A DNA stretch of 64,000 bases from Erythrobacter sp. ANT-B3C2 (GTDB lineage: Bacteria > Pseudomonadota > Alphaproteobacteria > Sphingomonadales > Sphingomonadaceae): contig LXQI01000011.1 of the NCBI GenBank assembly GCA_001683845.1, positions 13,790-77,789 on the forward strand, read 5' to 3'. The notes below the pieces were generated by a model. That model was not told where the DNA came from, did not search any database, and was given only the letters and a program-made list of their open reading frames with translations. Shown piece by piece: positions 1 to 10,275 of the stretch. Made by a program: the position numbers and the translations under genes. The first letter of the stretch is position 1. Every line of letters begins with the position of its first letter.

Positions 1-49
1 GCGGATCACTAGATAGGCCCGCACAGACAACGGGATCCCGCGCAGCATC

Positions 50-832
50 ATGGCCACCTTTACCCTCCCCAAGAACAGCGTCATCGGCAAGCGCGGGCGG
101 AACCACACGGCAACGGGCGCGGCGCGCATCGGCCGGCTGAAGATCTATCGCTGGGATCCGGAAAGCGGCGAAAACCCTCGCTACGATACGTTCGAAGTCG
201 ATCTCGACGATTGCGGCCCGATGGTGCTAGACGCACTGCACAAGATCAAGAACGAGATCGATCCCACGCTCACCTTCCGCCGCTCGTGCCGCGAGGGGAT
301 CTGCGGCTCGTGCTCGATGAACATGAATGGCCGCAATGGCCTTGCCTGCACCACCGCCATGGCTGATCTGAAGGGCGAAATCCGCATCACCCCCCTGCCC
401 CATATGGAAGTGGTCAAGGACCTGGTGCCCGATTTCAGCCACTTCTACGCCCAATATGCTTCGATCCGCCCCTGGCTGCAGACCGTCACCACCACCCCCT
501 CGGGCAAGGAGCGGCTGCAGACGCCGGAGCAGCGCGAGAAGCTCGATGGGCTGTACGAGTGCATTCTGTGCGCCTGCTGCTCCACCGCCTGCCCGTCCTA
601 TTGGTGGAACGCGGACAAGTTCCTCGGCCCCGCCATCCTGTTGCAGGCCTATCGCTGGCTGGCCGACAGCCGTGACGAGATGACCGGCGAGCGGCTCGAC
701 CAGCTGCAGGATCCGTTCCGCCTCTATCGCTGCCACACCATCATGAACTGCGCCAACGTCTGCCCCAAGGGCCTGAACCCGGCCAAGGCGATTGCCGAAA
801 CCAAGAAGATGCTGGTGGAGCGCGACGCGTAA
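50..832 (+). CDS. sdhB: succinate dehydrogenase iron-sulfur subunit
   Basis: 260-aa ORF carrying the three SdhB/FrdB Fe-S cysteine clusters: [27 protein letters not shown] and [14 protein letters not shown]. Confidence 0.95.
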   Translation: MATFTLPKNSVIGKRGRNHTATGAARIGRLKIYRWDPESGENPRYDTFEVDLDDCGPMVLDALHKIKNEIDPTLTFRRSCREGICGSCSMNMNGRNGLACTTAMADLKGEIRITPLPHMEVVKDLVPDFSHFYAQYASIRPWLQTVTTTPSGKERLQTPEQREKLDGLYECILCACCSTACPSYWWNADKFLGPAILLQAYRWLADSRDEMTGERLDQLQDPFRLYRCHTIMNCANVCPKGLNPAKAIAETKKMLVERDA

Positions 833-1976
833 GGGAGCGCGCGCGCTGCCTGCCATTCTCGATCGGTACCGGGCGCTCGTCGCCGCGGGTGAGCTGCGCC
901 CCGATCCAGAGCAGGCCGCCGCGGTCACGCGCCTCGCCCGCCTCCAGCGCGATCTCGAACAGGCCAGGCCCCGGCCCGGCCTCCTCGGCCGCCTGTTCGG
1001 CAATCGCGCACGGCGACCCCGCGGGGTCTATCTGTGGGGCGGCGTCGGGCGCGGCAAATCGATGCTGATGGACCTGTTCCACGCCACCCTCGCCATCGAG
1101 GACAAGCGCCGGGTCCACTTTCACGCCTTCATGCAGGAGGTCCACCAGCGCCTGCACGCAGCCCGCCGCAGCGAGACGGGCGACCCCATCCCGCCCGTCG
1201 CCGCCGCCATCGCTGCGAAATTGCGCTGCCTCTCGTTCGACGAGATGGTGGTCAACAATTCGGCCGATGCGATGATCATGAGCCGGCTGTTCCGCGCGCT
1301 CGTCTGCGAGGAGGGCGTGGCCATCGTCACCACCTCCAACCGCCCGCCTGGCGCCCTGTACAAGGACGGGCTGAACCGCGAGCATTTTCTCCCCTTCATC
1401 GAGCTGATCCATCAAGAGCTGGACGTGCTGTCACTCAACGGCCCCACCGATTACCGGCTCGACCGCATCGGTGGGATCAACCGCTGGCTCACGCCCATGG
1501 GTCCCGAGGCCACCGCCCGCCTCAGCGAGGCGTTCTTCCGCCTAACCGATTATGCAGTGGAGGATAGGGCGAACGTCCCCTCCACCGAGCTGGACCTCTC
1601 AAGCGGAGGCGGCGGCGGGCGCACATTGTTCGTGCCAAAGGCGCTGAAGGGCGTGGCCGTGTTCAGCTTCAAGCGGCTGTGCGGCGAGGCGCGCGGCGCC
1701 GCCGATTACCTCGCGGTCGCCCGCGAGTTCCATACAGTGATCCTTGTCGGCATCCCGGTAATGGGGCCGGACATGCGCAACGAGGCCTCCCGCTTCGTGA
1801 CGCTGATCGATGCACTGTACGAACACCGGGTGAAGCTGTTCGCCGCCGCCGCCGCCCAGCCGGAAGACCTCTACACCGGCGGGGACGGCCATTTCGAATT
1901 CGCCCGCACCGTCAGCCGGCTGCACGAAATGCAGAGCGATGCCTACATGGCGCTGGGCCACGGCACGGCGGATTGA
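792..1976 (+). CDS. zapE: AFG1/ZapE-family ATPase (cell division factor ZapE)
   Basis: Walker [18 protein letters not shown] and an N-terminus [16 protein letters not shown] typical of ZapE. The start is uncertain. The track start is a TTG at 792 that overlaps sdhB by 41 nt. A CTG at 846, 8 nt after AAGGGAG, is an alternative. Confidence 0.85.
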   Translation: MPKPRRCWWSATRKGARALPAILDRYRALVAAGELRPDPEQAAAVTRLARLQRDLEQARPRPGLLGRLFGNRARRPRGVYLWGGVGRGKSMLMDLFHATLAIEDKRRVHFHAFMQEVHQRLHAARRSETGDPIPPVAAAIAAKLRCLSFDEMVVNNSADAMIMSRLFRALVCEEGVAIVTTSNRPPGALYKDGLNREHFLPFIELIHQELDVLSLNGPTDYRLDRIGGINRWLTPMGPEATARLSEAFFRLTDYAVEDRANVPSTELDLSSGGGGGRTLFVPKALKGVAVFSFKRLCGEARGAADYLAVAREFHTVILVGIPVMGPDMRNEASRFVTLIDALYEHRVKLFAAAAAQPEDLYTGGDGHFEFARTVSRLHEMQSDAYMALGHGTAD

Positions 1977-1992
1977 AGGCGCTGACCCGCGC

Positions 1993-3195
1993 TCACACCA
2001 GCAATTCGCGCGCCGGCCCCTGCCCGAGAAATGCCGCCGGGCTGGCGCTGGCCCCGTAGGCCCCGGTGCAGAACACCGCCACCAGATCGCCCACCCCGGC
2101 CCGGGGGAGCAGCGCCTGCTCGGCCACCCGGTCGAGCGGCGTGCACAGGCAGCCGACCACGCTCGCCACCTCCTCGGGCTCGCTCGAAAACCGGGTGGCA
2201 ATCGCCACCGGATAGTTACGCCGCACCACCGTGCCGAAATTGCCGCTCGCGGCGAGCACGTGGTGCAACCCGCCATCGGTGACGAGGAAGGTGGCGCCAT
2301 GGCTCTCCTTCCGGTCGAGCACCCGCGTCAGGTAGACCCCCGCCTCCCCCACCAGATAGCGGCCGAGTTCGAGCACCAGCGTCGTTTGCGCCAGCTCCGG
2401 CGGCAACGCGGCGATCCGCTCGCCCAGCGCCCCGCCCACCATCGCCAGGTCGAGCGGCCGGTCGCCCGCGAAATAAGGAATGCCGAAGCCCCCACCCATG
2501 TTTAAATGCGGCAGCGGATGGCCGATCTCCCCCGTAAGCCGCGCGGCAAGCTCCAGCACCCGGCCCTGCATCTCGACGATCGCTTCGGCATCCAGCGCTT
2601 GGCTACCGGCGAACACATGCAGCCCGCGCCACTCGGCCCCCGCCCCGATCACCTCCCGCGCCAGCGCCGGCACCAGCGCCTCGCCCACCCCGAACGGCTT
2701 GGCGCCCCCGCCCATCTTCATGCCCGATCCGCGCAGCTCGAAGCTGGGGTTTACCCGGATTGCAAGACGCGGCTGCACGCCAACCTGATCGGCAATGGCC
2801 AACGCCCGCCGCGCCTCGCCCGCCGATTCGAGGTTCAGCGTCACCCCAGCAACGATCGCAGCCTCCAGCTCCGCATCGCGCTTGCCCGGGCCGGCAAAGC
2901 TCAACGCCTGCGCCCGCTGACCCGAGGCCAGCGCCCGCTCCAACTCGCCGCCCGAGGCGATATCGAACCCGTCCACCAGCCCGCGCATCAGCGCCAGCAG
3001 CGGCGGAAACGGGTTGGCCTTTACCGCATAATGCAACCGCACCCGCTCATGCAGGCAGGCGCGCAAATGCGCCACCCGATCGGCGATCATCGCGCCCGAA
3101 TAGACGAACAGCGGCGTCCCGCCCGCCTCCTCTACCAGCGCGCTCGCCTTCCGGCCGCCGATCGCCAGCTCTCCATCCAGCGCTACAAAGCCCAT
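1993..3195 (-). CDS. PLP-dependent decarboxylase, Orn/DAP/Arg decarboxylase fold; resembles the exosortase-A-system-associated family (TIGR03099-like)
   Basis: 400 aa from the ATG read at 3195 (MGFVALDGE...). Motifs are HYAVKANP (PLP lysine), MGGGFGIPY and GCLCTPLD. Track ORF 1993..4200 over-extends into the next gene. It sits 20 nt downstream of the acyl-CoA ligase on the same strand. Confidence 0.8.
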   Translation of the reverse strand: MGFVALDGELAIGGRKASALVEEAGGTPLFVYSGAMIADRVAHLRACLHERVRLHYAVKANPFPPLLALMRGLVDGFDIASGGELERALASGQRAQALSFAGPGKRDAELEAAIVAGVTLNLESAGEARRALAIADQVGVQPRLAIRVNPSFELRGSGMKMGGGAKPFGVGEALVPALAREVIGAGAEWRGLHVFAGSQALDAEAIVEMQGRVLELAARLTGEIGHPLPHLNMGGGFGIPYFAGDRPLDLAMVGGALGERIAALPPELAQTTLVLELGRYLVGEAGVYLTRVLDRKESHGATFLVTDGGLHHVLAASGNFGTVVRRNYPVAIATRFSSEPEEVASVVGCLCTPLDRVAEQALLPRAGVGDLVAVFCTGAYGASASPAAFLGQGPARELLV

Positions 3196-3215
3196 GGGGA
3201 TCGGGCCGAGCGGCT

Positions 3216-4748
3216 TCACGCGCCCGTCGCCTCGCGCAGGAGGGCGGCCCGGTCGAGCTTGCCGTTCGGTCCCAGCGGCATCGCCTCCACCCAGCGGATC
3301 GCCTGCGGTTGCATGAAGCCCGGCAGCTCCCGCTTCAGCGCCGCCCTCAGCGCCTCTTCCCCGGAGGGGGAGCCCCGCACCACCAGCCACACCGCCTGCC
3401 CCAGCCGCGCATCGGGCACCCCCAGGGCCGCCGCCTCCGCCACGCCCCCGCTGGCAATCGCCGCCTCCTCGACCTCCTGCGGGCTGATCCGGTTGCCCGA
3501 ACTCTTGATCATCGCATCGTCCCGCCCGATGAAGTGCAGCAGCCCCGTCGTATCGCGCACCACCCGGTCGCCCGACCACACCGCCATGCCACCATAGCGC
3601 GATTGCGGCGGCGCGGGCCGAAAGCGCTCGGCGGTGCGTACGGCATCGCCCCAGTAGCCCTGCGCCACCAGCGGCCCGCAATGCACCAGCTCGCCCTCCT
3701 CGCCCGCGCCTGCCAGCGTTTCGACATCGCGCATCCCCAGCACCTCGGCAAAGGGGATCGCCCGCCCGATCGAGGTGGGGTGCGCATCGACCAGCGCCGG
3801 ATCGAGGTAAGTCGAGCGGAACGCCTCCGTGAGGCCGTACATCGAAAACAGCGCTGCTTGCGGGAAGCTTGCGCGCAGGGTTCGCACCAATTGCTCCCCC
3901 ATTGCACCCCCGCTGTTCGTCAGGCGCAACAGCGATGCAACGGCCTCTTGCGGCCAGTCTTGCTCCACCAGCTGCACCAATAACGGCGGCACCGCAGCCA
4001 GCGTGGTCACCCGGTGCCGCGCACAGGTTTTGACCACATCGCGCGGCGTGAGATAGTCGAGCGGCACCACGCTCGCCCCTGCCGCCCAGGCGCTCAGCAG
4101 CTGGTTCTGTCCATAATCGAACGCCAGCGGCAACACCGCCAACACCACGTCGCTTGGCCGCAAGGCCAGGTAATGGGCGACGCTCACCGCACCGAGCCAC
4201 AGATTGGCATGGCTCAACATCACCCCCTTCGGCCGCCCGGTGGAGCCGCTTGTGTAGAGCAGCGCGGCAAGATCATCGGGCGCGGCGCGCGACGGTTCAA
4301 GCTCTATGCCGAGTGAGGAAGCCGATCCAAGTGCTTCAATCTCGGAGAACTTTCTGCACCCCGCTGGCACATCCGCTAGCTCAAGCGTGCCGAGACGCGC
4401 CCCCGTCCCCAGCAGCAGCGCTGCACCGCTATCGGCGAGAACATGCGCCACCTGCGCGCGCTTCAGCAGCGGGTTAATCGGCACGTGCACCAGCCCCGCA
4501 CGCGGCGCGGCGAGCGGCAGCAGACAGGTGAGCTCGCCCTTGGCCGCCCAGCTCGCCACCCGCGCGCCCTCGGCCAGGTCCAGGCTGCGCAGCCAGCCCG
4601 CCAGCAACGCCACGCGGCGGCGCACCTCCGTCCGGGGCAGCGTGCCGTCGCGCAGCACCAGCGCCGGCGAGGCATCGTAGCCTCCCTCGACCAGATGGTC
4701 GAGCGGGCGCGACACAGGGTCCGGCTCGCCGGGGTTCGGGCGGATCAT
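3216..4748 (-). CDS. AMP-forming acyl-CoA ligase / acyl-ACP synthetase-like adenylating enzyme; resembles the exosortase-A-associated family (TIGR03098-like)
   Basis: 510 aa from the ATG at 4748 (MIRPNPGE...). AMP-binding core LLYTSGSTGRPKGVMLSH; C-terminal SGDRVVRDTTGLLHFIGRDDAMIKSSGNRISPQEVE. It is paired with the PLP decarboxylase and a divergent ACP. Confidence 0.8.
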   Translation of the reverse strand: MIRPNPGEPDPVSRPLDHLVEGGYDASPALVLRDGTLPRTEVRRRVALLAGWLRSLDLAEGARVASWAAKGELTCLLPLAAPRAGLVHVPINPLLKRAQVAHVLADSGAALLLGTGARLGTLELADVPAGCRKFSEIEALGSASSLGIELEPSRAAPDDLAALLYTSGSTGRPKGVMLSHANLWLGAVSVAHYLALRPSDVVLAVLPLAFDYGQNQLLSAWAAGASVVPLDYLTPRDVVKTCARHRVTTLAAVPPLLVQLVEQDWPQEAVASLLRLTNSGGAMGEQLVRTLRASFPQAALFSMYGLTEAFRSTYLDPALVDAHPTSIGRAIPFAEVLGMRDVETLAGAGEEGELVHCGPLVAQGYWGDAVRTAERFRPAPPQSRYGGMAVWSGDRVVRDTTGLLHFIGRDDAMIKSSGNRISPQEVEEAAIASGGVAEAAALGVPDARLGQAVWLVVRGSPSGEEALRAALKRELPGFMQPQAIRWVEAMPLGPNGKLDRAALLREATGA

Positions 4749-4831
4749 GCAGGCCCTATCGGTACGCGCGGCGCCATGCGCAAGAGAGGTCGCTTGTCTC
4801 GCCGCCTGCCGCTGGCTAGGGCCGTGCGCCC

Positions 4832-5134
4832 ATGAACCCGACTGCACCCAGCGCCCCAACGGGCACAGCCGCAACCGATCGCATTCTGCGCGAGGTGCTG
4901 TCCGAGGTGCTCGGCCTCGCGCCCGATCGGGTCGACGGCTTCGAACTTGATACCGGCCTTTTCGGTTACTTGCCCGAACTCGATTCGATGGCTGTCGCAG
5001 GCCTCCTCACCGGAATCGAGGACCGGCTCGGCGTCGTCATCGAGGATGACGAGGTCGATGGCGATATGCTGGAGACCTACGGCGCGTTGCTCGCCTTCGT
5101 CGCTGCCAAGCGCCCGGAGCCGCACGAGGCCTGA
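4832..5134 (+). CDS. acyl carrier protein-like (phosphopantetheine attachment LDSM motif)
   Basis: 100 aa, acidic, with a four-helix ACP layout and a candidate Ppant serine in LPELDSMAVAGLL. It is transcribed divergently from the acyl-CoA ligase across an 83-bp spacer. Confidence 0.75.
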   Translation: MNPTAPSAPTGTAATDRILREVLSEVLGLAPDRVDGFELDTGLFGYLPELDSMAVAGLLTGIEDRLGVVIEDDEVDGDMLETYGALLAFVAAKRPEPHEA

Positions 5135-5136
5135 GC

Positions 5137-6351
5137 TCACCGCACGAACAGGCTGGCTACCTCCACGTGAGTCGACCAGCGGAACTGGCCCACCGGGCGT
5201 AACTCGGCAAGCGTGTAGCCCGCCTCGGCCAGCACCCGAGCGTCGCGTGCCCAGCTTGCCGGGTTGCAGCTGACATAGGCGATGCGCGGCACCTCGCTCC
5301 CGGCGAGCTGCGCCACCTGCTCGCGCGCACCGGCCCGCGGCGGATCGAGCAGCACGCCATCGAGGCCGCGCAATTCCTCCACGCGCATTGGGCTGCGGAA
5401 CAGGTCGCGGTGCACCGCCTCCACCGGCAGGCGATAGCGGCGGCCGGCGGCGCGGCAGGCGAGATGCGCCTCGCGCGCGGCCTCCACTGCCAGCACGCGC
5501 CCACCCTGTCCCTCTGTTCCGGCCAGCGCGAAAGCAAAGGTGCCCAGCCCGGCGAACAGATCGGCCACGGCGCTGCATCGGCCCAGCCAGTCGCGCGCTG
5601 CGGTGGCGAGCGCCGCCTCACCATCGGCGGTCGCCTGCAGGAAAGTCCCGGGCGGATAGTCGACCGATACGCCCGCCAGCATGGCGGTGACCGGCTCGGG
5701 CTCCCACAGCGGCTCGGGGCCGTAGCCCTGGTCCAGCGTGAAGCGGGCGAGCCGCTGGTCACGACAGAAATCGAGCAGCGCCTCTGTCTGTTCGAGGCCT
5801 TCGACGGAGATGCCCTTGAGGGCACAGTCAACCCCCTGATCGGTGAGCGCCAGCGTGATGTCCGCCGCCCAGCGGCCCCGGCGGGGCGTCAGCAGGCGGC
5901 GCAGCGGCTCGATGAGCGCGAACAGCTCGGGGGCGAGCACATGGCATTCGCGCATGTCGACGATCCGGTGCGAACCCGCCTCGCGAAAGCCGATCATCGG
6001 GCGCCCGCCACCGCCGCTCACGTGCAGCGTGGTCCGGCGGCGCGTGCACGGCGGCGAGAGGTGAACCGGCGCCACCATTTGCGCCGCGAGGCCCTGCCCC
6101 TCCGCCGCCAGCACCACGCGGTCGCGCACAAAATCGGCCAGTGCCGCTTCGCTGAGATGCTGCAGCTGGCATCCGCCGCAGCGGCCGTAATGGCGGCAGG
6201 GCGGCTCAGCGCGGTGCGGCCCCGGTTCGAGCGTGCCATCGTCCAGCAGCAGGTCACCCGGAGCGGCGAGCGGCACGTGCCGGCCGCTGGCGGTGACCCC
6301 GTCGCCCTTGGCGGCAACGCGGAGGATCGGCTCGCCCGCGCTCACAGGCAT
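5137..6351 (-). CDS. class I SAM-dependent RNA (uracil-5-)-methyltransferase, RumA/RlmD/TrmA family
   Basis: Fe-S cysteine cluster CRHYGRCGGCQLQH, SAM motif DLFAGLGTF, and catalytic region YVSCNPASWARD. The ATG at 6351 was read from the sequence and overlaps the nnr stop by 10 nt. Confidence 0.85.
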   Translation of the reverse strand: MPVSAGEPILRVAAKGDGVTASGRHVPLAAPGDLLLDDGTLEPGPHRAEPPCRHYGRCGGCQLQHLSEAALADFVRDRVVLAAEGQGLAAQMVAPVHLSPPCTRRRTTLHVSGGGGRPMIGFREAGSHRIVDMRECHVLAPELFALIEPLRRLLTPRRGRWAADITLALTDQGVDCALKGISVEGLEQTEALLDFCRDQRLARFTLDQGYGPEPLWEPEPVTAMLAGVSVDYPPGTFLQATADGEAALATAARDWLGRCSAVADLFAGLGTFAFALAGTEGQGGRVLAVEAAREAHLACRAAGRRYRLPVEAVHRDLFRSPMRVEELRGLDGVLLDPPRAGAREQVAQLAGSEVPRIAYVSCNPASWARDARVLAEAGYTLAELRPVGQFRWSTHVEVASLFVR

Positions 6352-7730
6352 GCGGCGTGGGCGGCGGGCAACGCGCGGATCAGCCCGCTGGCGCTGAAGG
6401 CGACGCCGGCCAGCCGCGCCGCCTCTCCGTGCAGCCACAGCCCCTCTTCGGCTGCCTCCAGCGCCCGGCGACCCGTGGCGAGGCGGCTGGCGATCAGCCC
6501 GGCGAGCACGTCCCCGGTGCCTGCGGTCGAGAGCCAGCTTGGCGCGGGCGGCGTGAACCGCAGTGCGCCCTCGGGCCCCGCGACCAGCGTATCGGGCCCC
6601 TTGGCGACCACCACAGCCCCGCTTGCCCGGGCCAATTCGAGCACGCGGGCGATCCGGTCTTCGGTCTCGAGTCCGAATGCCTGCCCTAAATGAGCGAGTT
6701 CACCGGCATGCGGCGTCAGCAGCAGCGGCGCGGTGCGTTCGGCCAACATCGCGGGGCTCAGCAGCATGAGCGCATCAGCGTCGAGCACAGTCGGAAGGTT
6801 GCGCGCGAGCACCGCCCGGAGCCGCTCGCCGGCTTCGGCGTCCCGGCCGAGCCCGGGGCCGACCAGCAGTGCATTGATCCGCCCATCGGCGAGCGCCCGA
6901 TCCAGCGGGCGATTGTCGAGCACCAGCTCGTCGGGCGTGGCGGGCGACCGGTGAGCGGCCAGCAGCTTGAGATAGCCTGCCCCGCCGTGCATCGCCGCAC
7001 GCGCCGCCAGCACGCCCGCGCCCGGCATCGCGCCGCCAACCACCGCGAGCAGGCCGCGCGTATATTTGTGCGTGTCGCTTTGCGGGGCAGCGAGATGCGG
7101 CCGGCGGATCAGCCGTGCTGCATCAGTGGGCGGCATAATGCCGAGATCCACCAGTCGCCGCTCGCCCATGCGCGCCATGGCCGGCATCAGCCAGTGCGCG
7201 GGCTTCCAGGCGCCGAGCGCCAGCGTCAGCCGGTATTCGGGAAGCGCCTCGTTCAGCATCGCGCCGTTCTCCGCATCGACGCCGCTGGGGAGATCGACCG
7301 CCACCGCTGCCGCGTGGGATGCGGCCAGACGGGCCAACAGCGCCGCATGAGGCGGTTCCAGCGGCCGCGTCAGACCGCTCCCGAAAAGGCAATCGACCAG
7401 GGCTCCGCCCATTGCGTCCTCGACGATCGGCCCGCTGTAGGTGTGTCGCGCGGCTGTAGCGGCCTCGGTCCGCGGCTCCAGTGGCGCTATTACCCGCACG
7501 GGCGTGCCGCGCATGTGCAGTTCTCGAGCGATTACGTAGCCATCGCCGCCATTGTTGCCAGGGCCGCACAAGATGGTCACCGGCCGTCCGGCGGCCAATC
7601 GCCAGACCCATTGCGCTGCACCGATGCCAGCGTATTCCATCAGGCCACCGATGCTGTTGCCGCTATCGATCAGCGCCTGTTCGCACCCGCGCATCTGCGC
7701 CACGATGAGGACGGGTTCAGCGGCCGCCAT
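6342..7730 (-). CDS. nnr: bifunctional NAD(P)H-hydrate repair enzyme (epimerase/ADP-dependent dehydratase)
   Basis: N-terminal YjeF_N motif GPGNNGGDGYVIAREL; C-terminal carbohydrate-kinase motif GTGDVLAGLIA. Confidence 0.9.
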   Translation of the reverse strand: MAAAEPVLIVAQMRGCEQALIDSGNSIGGLMEYAGIGAAQWVWRLAAGRPVTILCGPGNNGGDGYVIARELHMRGTPVRVIAPLEPRTEAATAARHTYSGPIVEDAMGGALVDCLFGSGLTRPLEPPHAALLARLAASHAAAVAVDLPSGVDAENGAMLNEALPEYRLTLALGAWKPAHWLMPAMARMGERRLVDLGIMPPTDAARLIRRPHLAAPQSDTHKYTRGLLAVVGGAMPGAGVLAARAAMHGGAGYLKLLAAHRSPATPDELVLDNRPLDRALADGRINALLVGPGLGRDAEAGERLRAVLARNLPTVLDADALMLLSPAMLAERTAPLLLTPHAGELAHLGQAFGLETEDRIARVLELARASGAVVVAKGPDTLVAGPEGALRFTPPAPSWLSTAGTGDVLAGLIASRLATGRRALEAAEEGLWLHGEAARLAGVAFSASGLIRALPAAHAACL

Positions 7731-7774
7731 GGGCTTGCCTTGCCGCTCTTGTCACAACATACGGCGCCAAGGGC

Positions 7775-9496
7775 TCAGATGTCGGCATAGACATGTGTTT
7801 CGGCCGCGGCGCCCGGGTGGGTGACTGCGCCGCTTACCGCCGGGCCGACATTCTGGGCGTAGCGCCACAGGGCGCCGGCCTGGTAGTCGTTCGAGCGGGG
7901 TCTCCAGGCGGTGCGGCGCTGTTCCAGCACAGCTTCTTCGACCAGCAGGTCGATGGTTCCGGCCGCAGCGTCGATGGCGATTGCATCGCGGTCTTCGACC
8001 AGTGCAATGGGGCCGCAATCGGCTGCTTCGGGCCCCACATGGCCGATGCAAAAGCCCCGCGTGGCACCCGAAAAACGGCCGTCGGTGATCAGCGCTACGC
8101 TTTCGCCCATGCCCTGCCCATAGAGCGCGGCGGTGGTGGAGAGCATCTCGCGCATGCCTGGGCCGCCCTTGGGCCCTTCATAGCGGATCACGATCACGCA
8201 ACCTTCGGCGATGGTGCGCGCCTCGACGGCGGCGAAGGCGTCTTCCTCGCAGTCGAACACGCGCGCCGGACCGGTGAATCGCAGCCGGTGCATTCCGGCA
8301 ACCTTGACGATGGCGCCCTCGGGAGCGAGCGAACCGCGCAGGCCGACCACTCCGCCGGTGGGGCTGAGCGGATTGGCGACGGAGTAGATCACCTTCTGGT
8401 CAGGGTTCCAGGTGACCTCCTCGATATTCTCGCCCAAGGTGCGGCCGGTGACGGTGAGCGGTTCGGGATCGAGGAATCCGCCATCGAGCAACGTCTTCAT
8501 TACCATGTAGACCCCGCCCGCCTCGTGCATGTCCTTGGCGACATATTGCCCGCCGGGCTGGAGATCGGCGATGTAGGGGGTGGATTTGAACACCTCGGCC
8601 ACGTCGAACAGGTCGAACGCGATGCCGCATTCGTGTGCCATAGCGGGCAGGTGCAGCGCTGCGTTGGTGGAGCCGCCGGTGGCCGCGACGACGCGGGCGG
8701 CGTTCTCGAAAGCCGCACGGGTGCAGATGTCGCGGGGGCGCAAGTCACGCTCCAGCAGTGCCATGACCTGCCGTCCGGCGGCCAGAGCGATCTCTTCGCG
8801 ACTTGTGTAAGGAGCGGGGACCATATTGCTGTTGGGCAATGATAATCCGATCGCCTCGCCCACGCAGGCCATGGTGTTGGCGGTGAACTGGCCCCCGCAG
8901 GCACCGTGGCCGGGGCAGGCGACCTTTTCCAGTGCGATCAGCTCCTGCAACGGGCAATTGCCCGCGGCATAGCGGCCGACCGCCTCGAACACGTCCTTTA
9001 CATTGACATCGCGGCCGTTGAACGAGCCCGGCAGGATCGAGCCGCCGTAGACGAAGATCGAGGGAACGTTCAGGCGGAGCATGGCCATCATCATGCCGGG
9101 CAGGCTCTTGTCGCAACCGGCGAAGCCCACCAGCGCATCGTAGCAATGGCCGCGCACCGAGAGCTCGATAGAATCGGCAATCACCTCGCGGCTTACGAGC
9201 GAACTTTTCATGCCCTGGTGGCCCATGGCGATGCCGTCTGTCACGGTGATGGTGTTGAAGCGACGGGGCGTGCCGCCGCCTTCCTCCACGCCGCGGCGGC
9301 AGATATCGGCCTGCGGATCGAGTGCGATATTGCAAGGCGCACTGTCGTTTCCGGCCGAGGCGATGGCCACGAAGGGGCGGGCGATCTGCTCCTCCGTCAT
9401 GCCCATCGCGTAGTAATAGGAGCGGTGCGGCGCGCGCTCAGGGCCGACTGAAACGTGGCGGCTGGGCAGGCGCGACTTGTCGAATGGGGAGGTCAT
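7775..9496 (-). CDS. ilvD: dihydroxy-acid dehydratase
   Basis: 573 aa from the ATG at 9496 ([15 protein letters not shown]...). IlvD/Edd signatures [12 protein letters not shown] and [14 protein letters not shown]. Confidence 0.95.
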   Translation of the reverse strand: MTSPFDKSRLPSRHVSVGPERAPHRSYYYAMGMTEEQIARPFVAIASAGNDSAPCNIALDPQADICRRGVEEGGGTPRRFNTITVTDGIAMGHQGMKSSLVSREVIADSIELSVRGHCYDALVGFAGCDKSLPGMMMAMLRLNVPSIFVYGGSILPGSFNGRDVNVKDVFEAVGRYAAGNCPLQELIALEKVACPGHGACGGQFTANTMACVGEAIGLSLPNSNMVPAPYTSREEIALAAGRQVMALLERDLRPRDICTRAAFENAARVVAATGGSTNAALHLPAMAHECGIAFDLFDVAEVFKSTPYIADLQPGGQYVAKDMHEAGGVYMVMKTLLDGGFLDPEPLTVTGRTLGENIEEVTWNPDQKVIYSVANPLSPTGGVVGLRGSLAPEGAIVKVAGMHRLRFTGPARVFDCEEDAFAAVEARTIAEGCVIVIRYEGPKGGPGMREMLSTTAALYGQGMGESVALITDGRFSGATRGFCIGHVGPEAADCGPIALVEDRDAIAIDAAAGTIDLLVEEAVLEQRRTAWRPRSNDYQAGALWRYAQNVGPAVSGAVTHPGAAAETHVYADI

Positions 9497-10275
9497 GGGC
9501 GGCTTTCGCGAAAGGATCGTGCGGTGTCCTGCCCCTCCCGCAGAGCCAGTGCAACACCGTTGGCGACCTCTGCCACCAGTGCGGCCCAGTGCGCCTGCCC
9601 CTCCGCATCGGCGATGAGGTCCTGCCGGATTTCGATCGCGCAATAGGGGCGGCCGTGTGCCTCGGCATGGCGGTTCATCGTGGCGTTCAGCTGGCGGCCG
9701 GAATAGGGCTGGTTGTCGCCCACGGTGAGGCCGTGCTGTTCGAACAGGCGAATGGCGTGGCGTGCGGCGGAACCGTCTCGGTTATAGAGCAGGCCGACGT
9801 GCCAGGGGCGTTCCTCCGAGCGGCTTTGAAGCGCGGGCGTGAAGCTGTGGACCGCGAGGATCAGTGCGGGGTTTGCTGCGTCCAGCCAGTGTGCGAGCCC
9901 ATCGTGATAGGGGCGGTGGAAGGCGATAAGGCGCGCCTCACGGTCGGCGCCGACGTTGCCGGGGATGGGGTACCCGTCGCTGATTTCGGGGATCAGGCCG
10001 GGCGAATCCTCCTCGCGGTGGAGGTCGATGACGAGGCGGCTGACGCAGGCGAGATGCGCTGGGATGGCATGATCGTCAGCGAGGCGCTCGCAGACGCCGG
10101 CGGTGCCGATGTCCCACGCGATGTGTTCGGCCAGCAATTCGGGCGCGATGTCCAGGCCGATCCAGGAGGGCACGCGGTTGGAGGCATGATCGCACACCGC
10201 GACGATGCCGCCCGGGCTGGGCGTGCCGAGTTGGCAGAAGATTGCGCTCACCGGAGCTTGCCCTGCATCTGCCAC
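9493..10275 (-). CDS. N-formylglutamate amidohydrolase family protein
   Basis: FGase-family layout ([38 protein letters not shown]). Its stop overlaps the ilvD ATG (ATGA). The start is GTG at 10275, or GTG at 10251, which overlaps the ispE stop as GTGA. Confidence 0.8.
   Translation of the reverse strand: MADAGQAPVSAIFCQLGTPSPGGIVAVCDHASNRVPSWIGLDIAPELLAEHIAWDIGTAGVCERLADDHAIPAHLACVSRLVIDLHREEDSPGLIPEISDGYPIPGNVGADREARLIAFHRPYHDGLAHWLDAANPALILAVHSFTPALQSRSEERPWHVGLLYNRDGSAARHAIRLFEQHGLTVGDNQPYSGRQLNATMNRHAEAHGRPYCAIEIRQDLIADAEGQAHWAALVAEVANGVALALREGQDTARSFRESRP

Noticed and set aside
1993-4200. 735-aa track ORF that looks like one large protein
   Set aside because: Only the last 400 codons (from the ATG at 3195) have decarboxylase motifs. 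The Arg/Gly/Ala-rich N-terminal 335 aa lie out of frame over the acyl-CoA ligase gene on the same strand.
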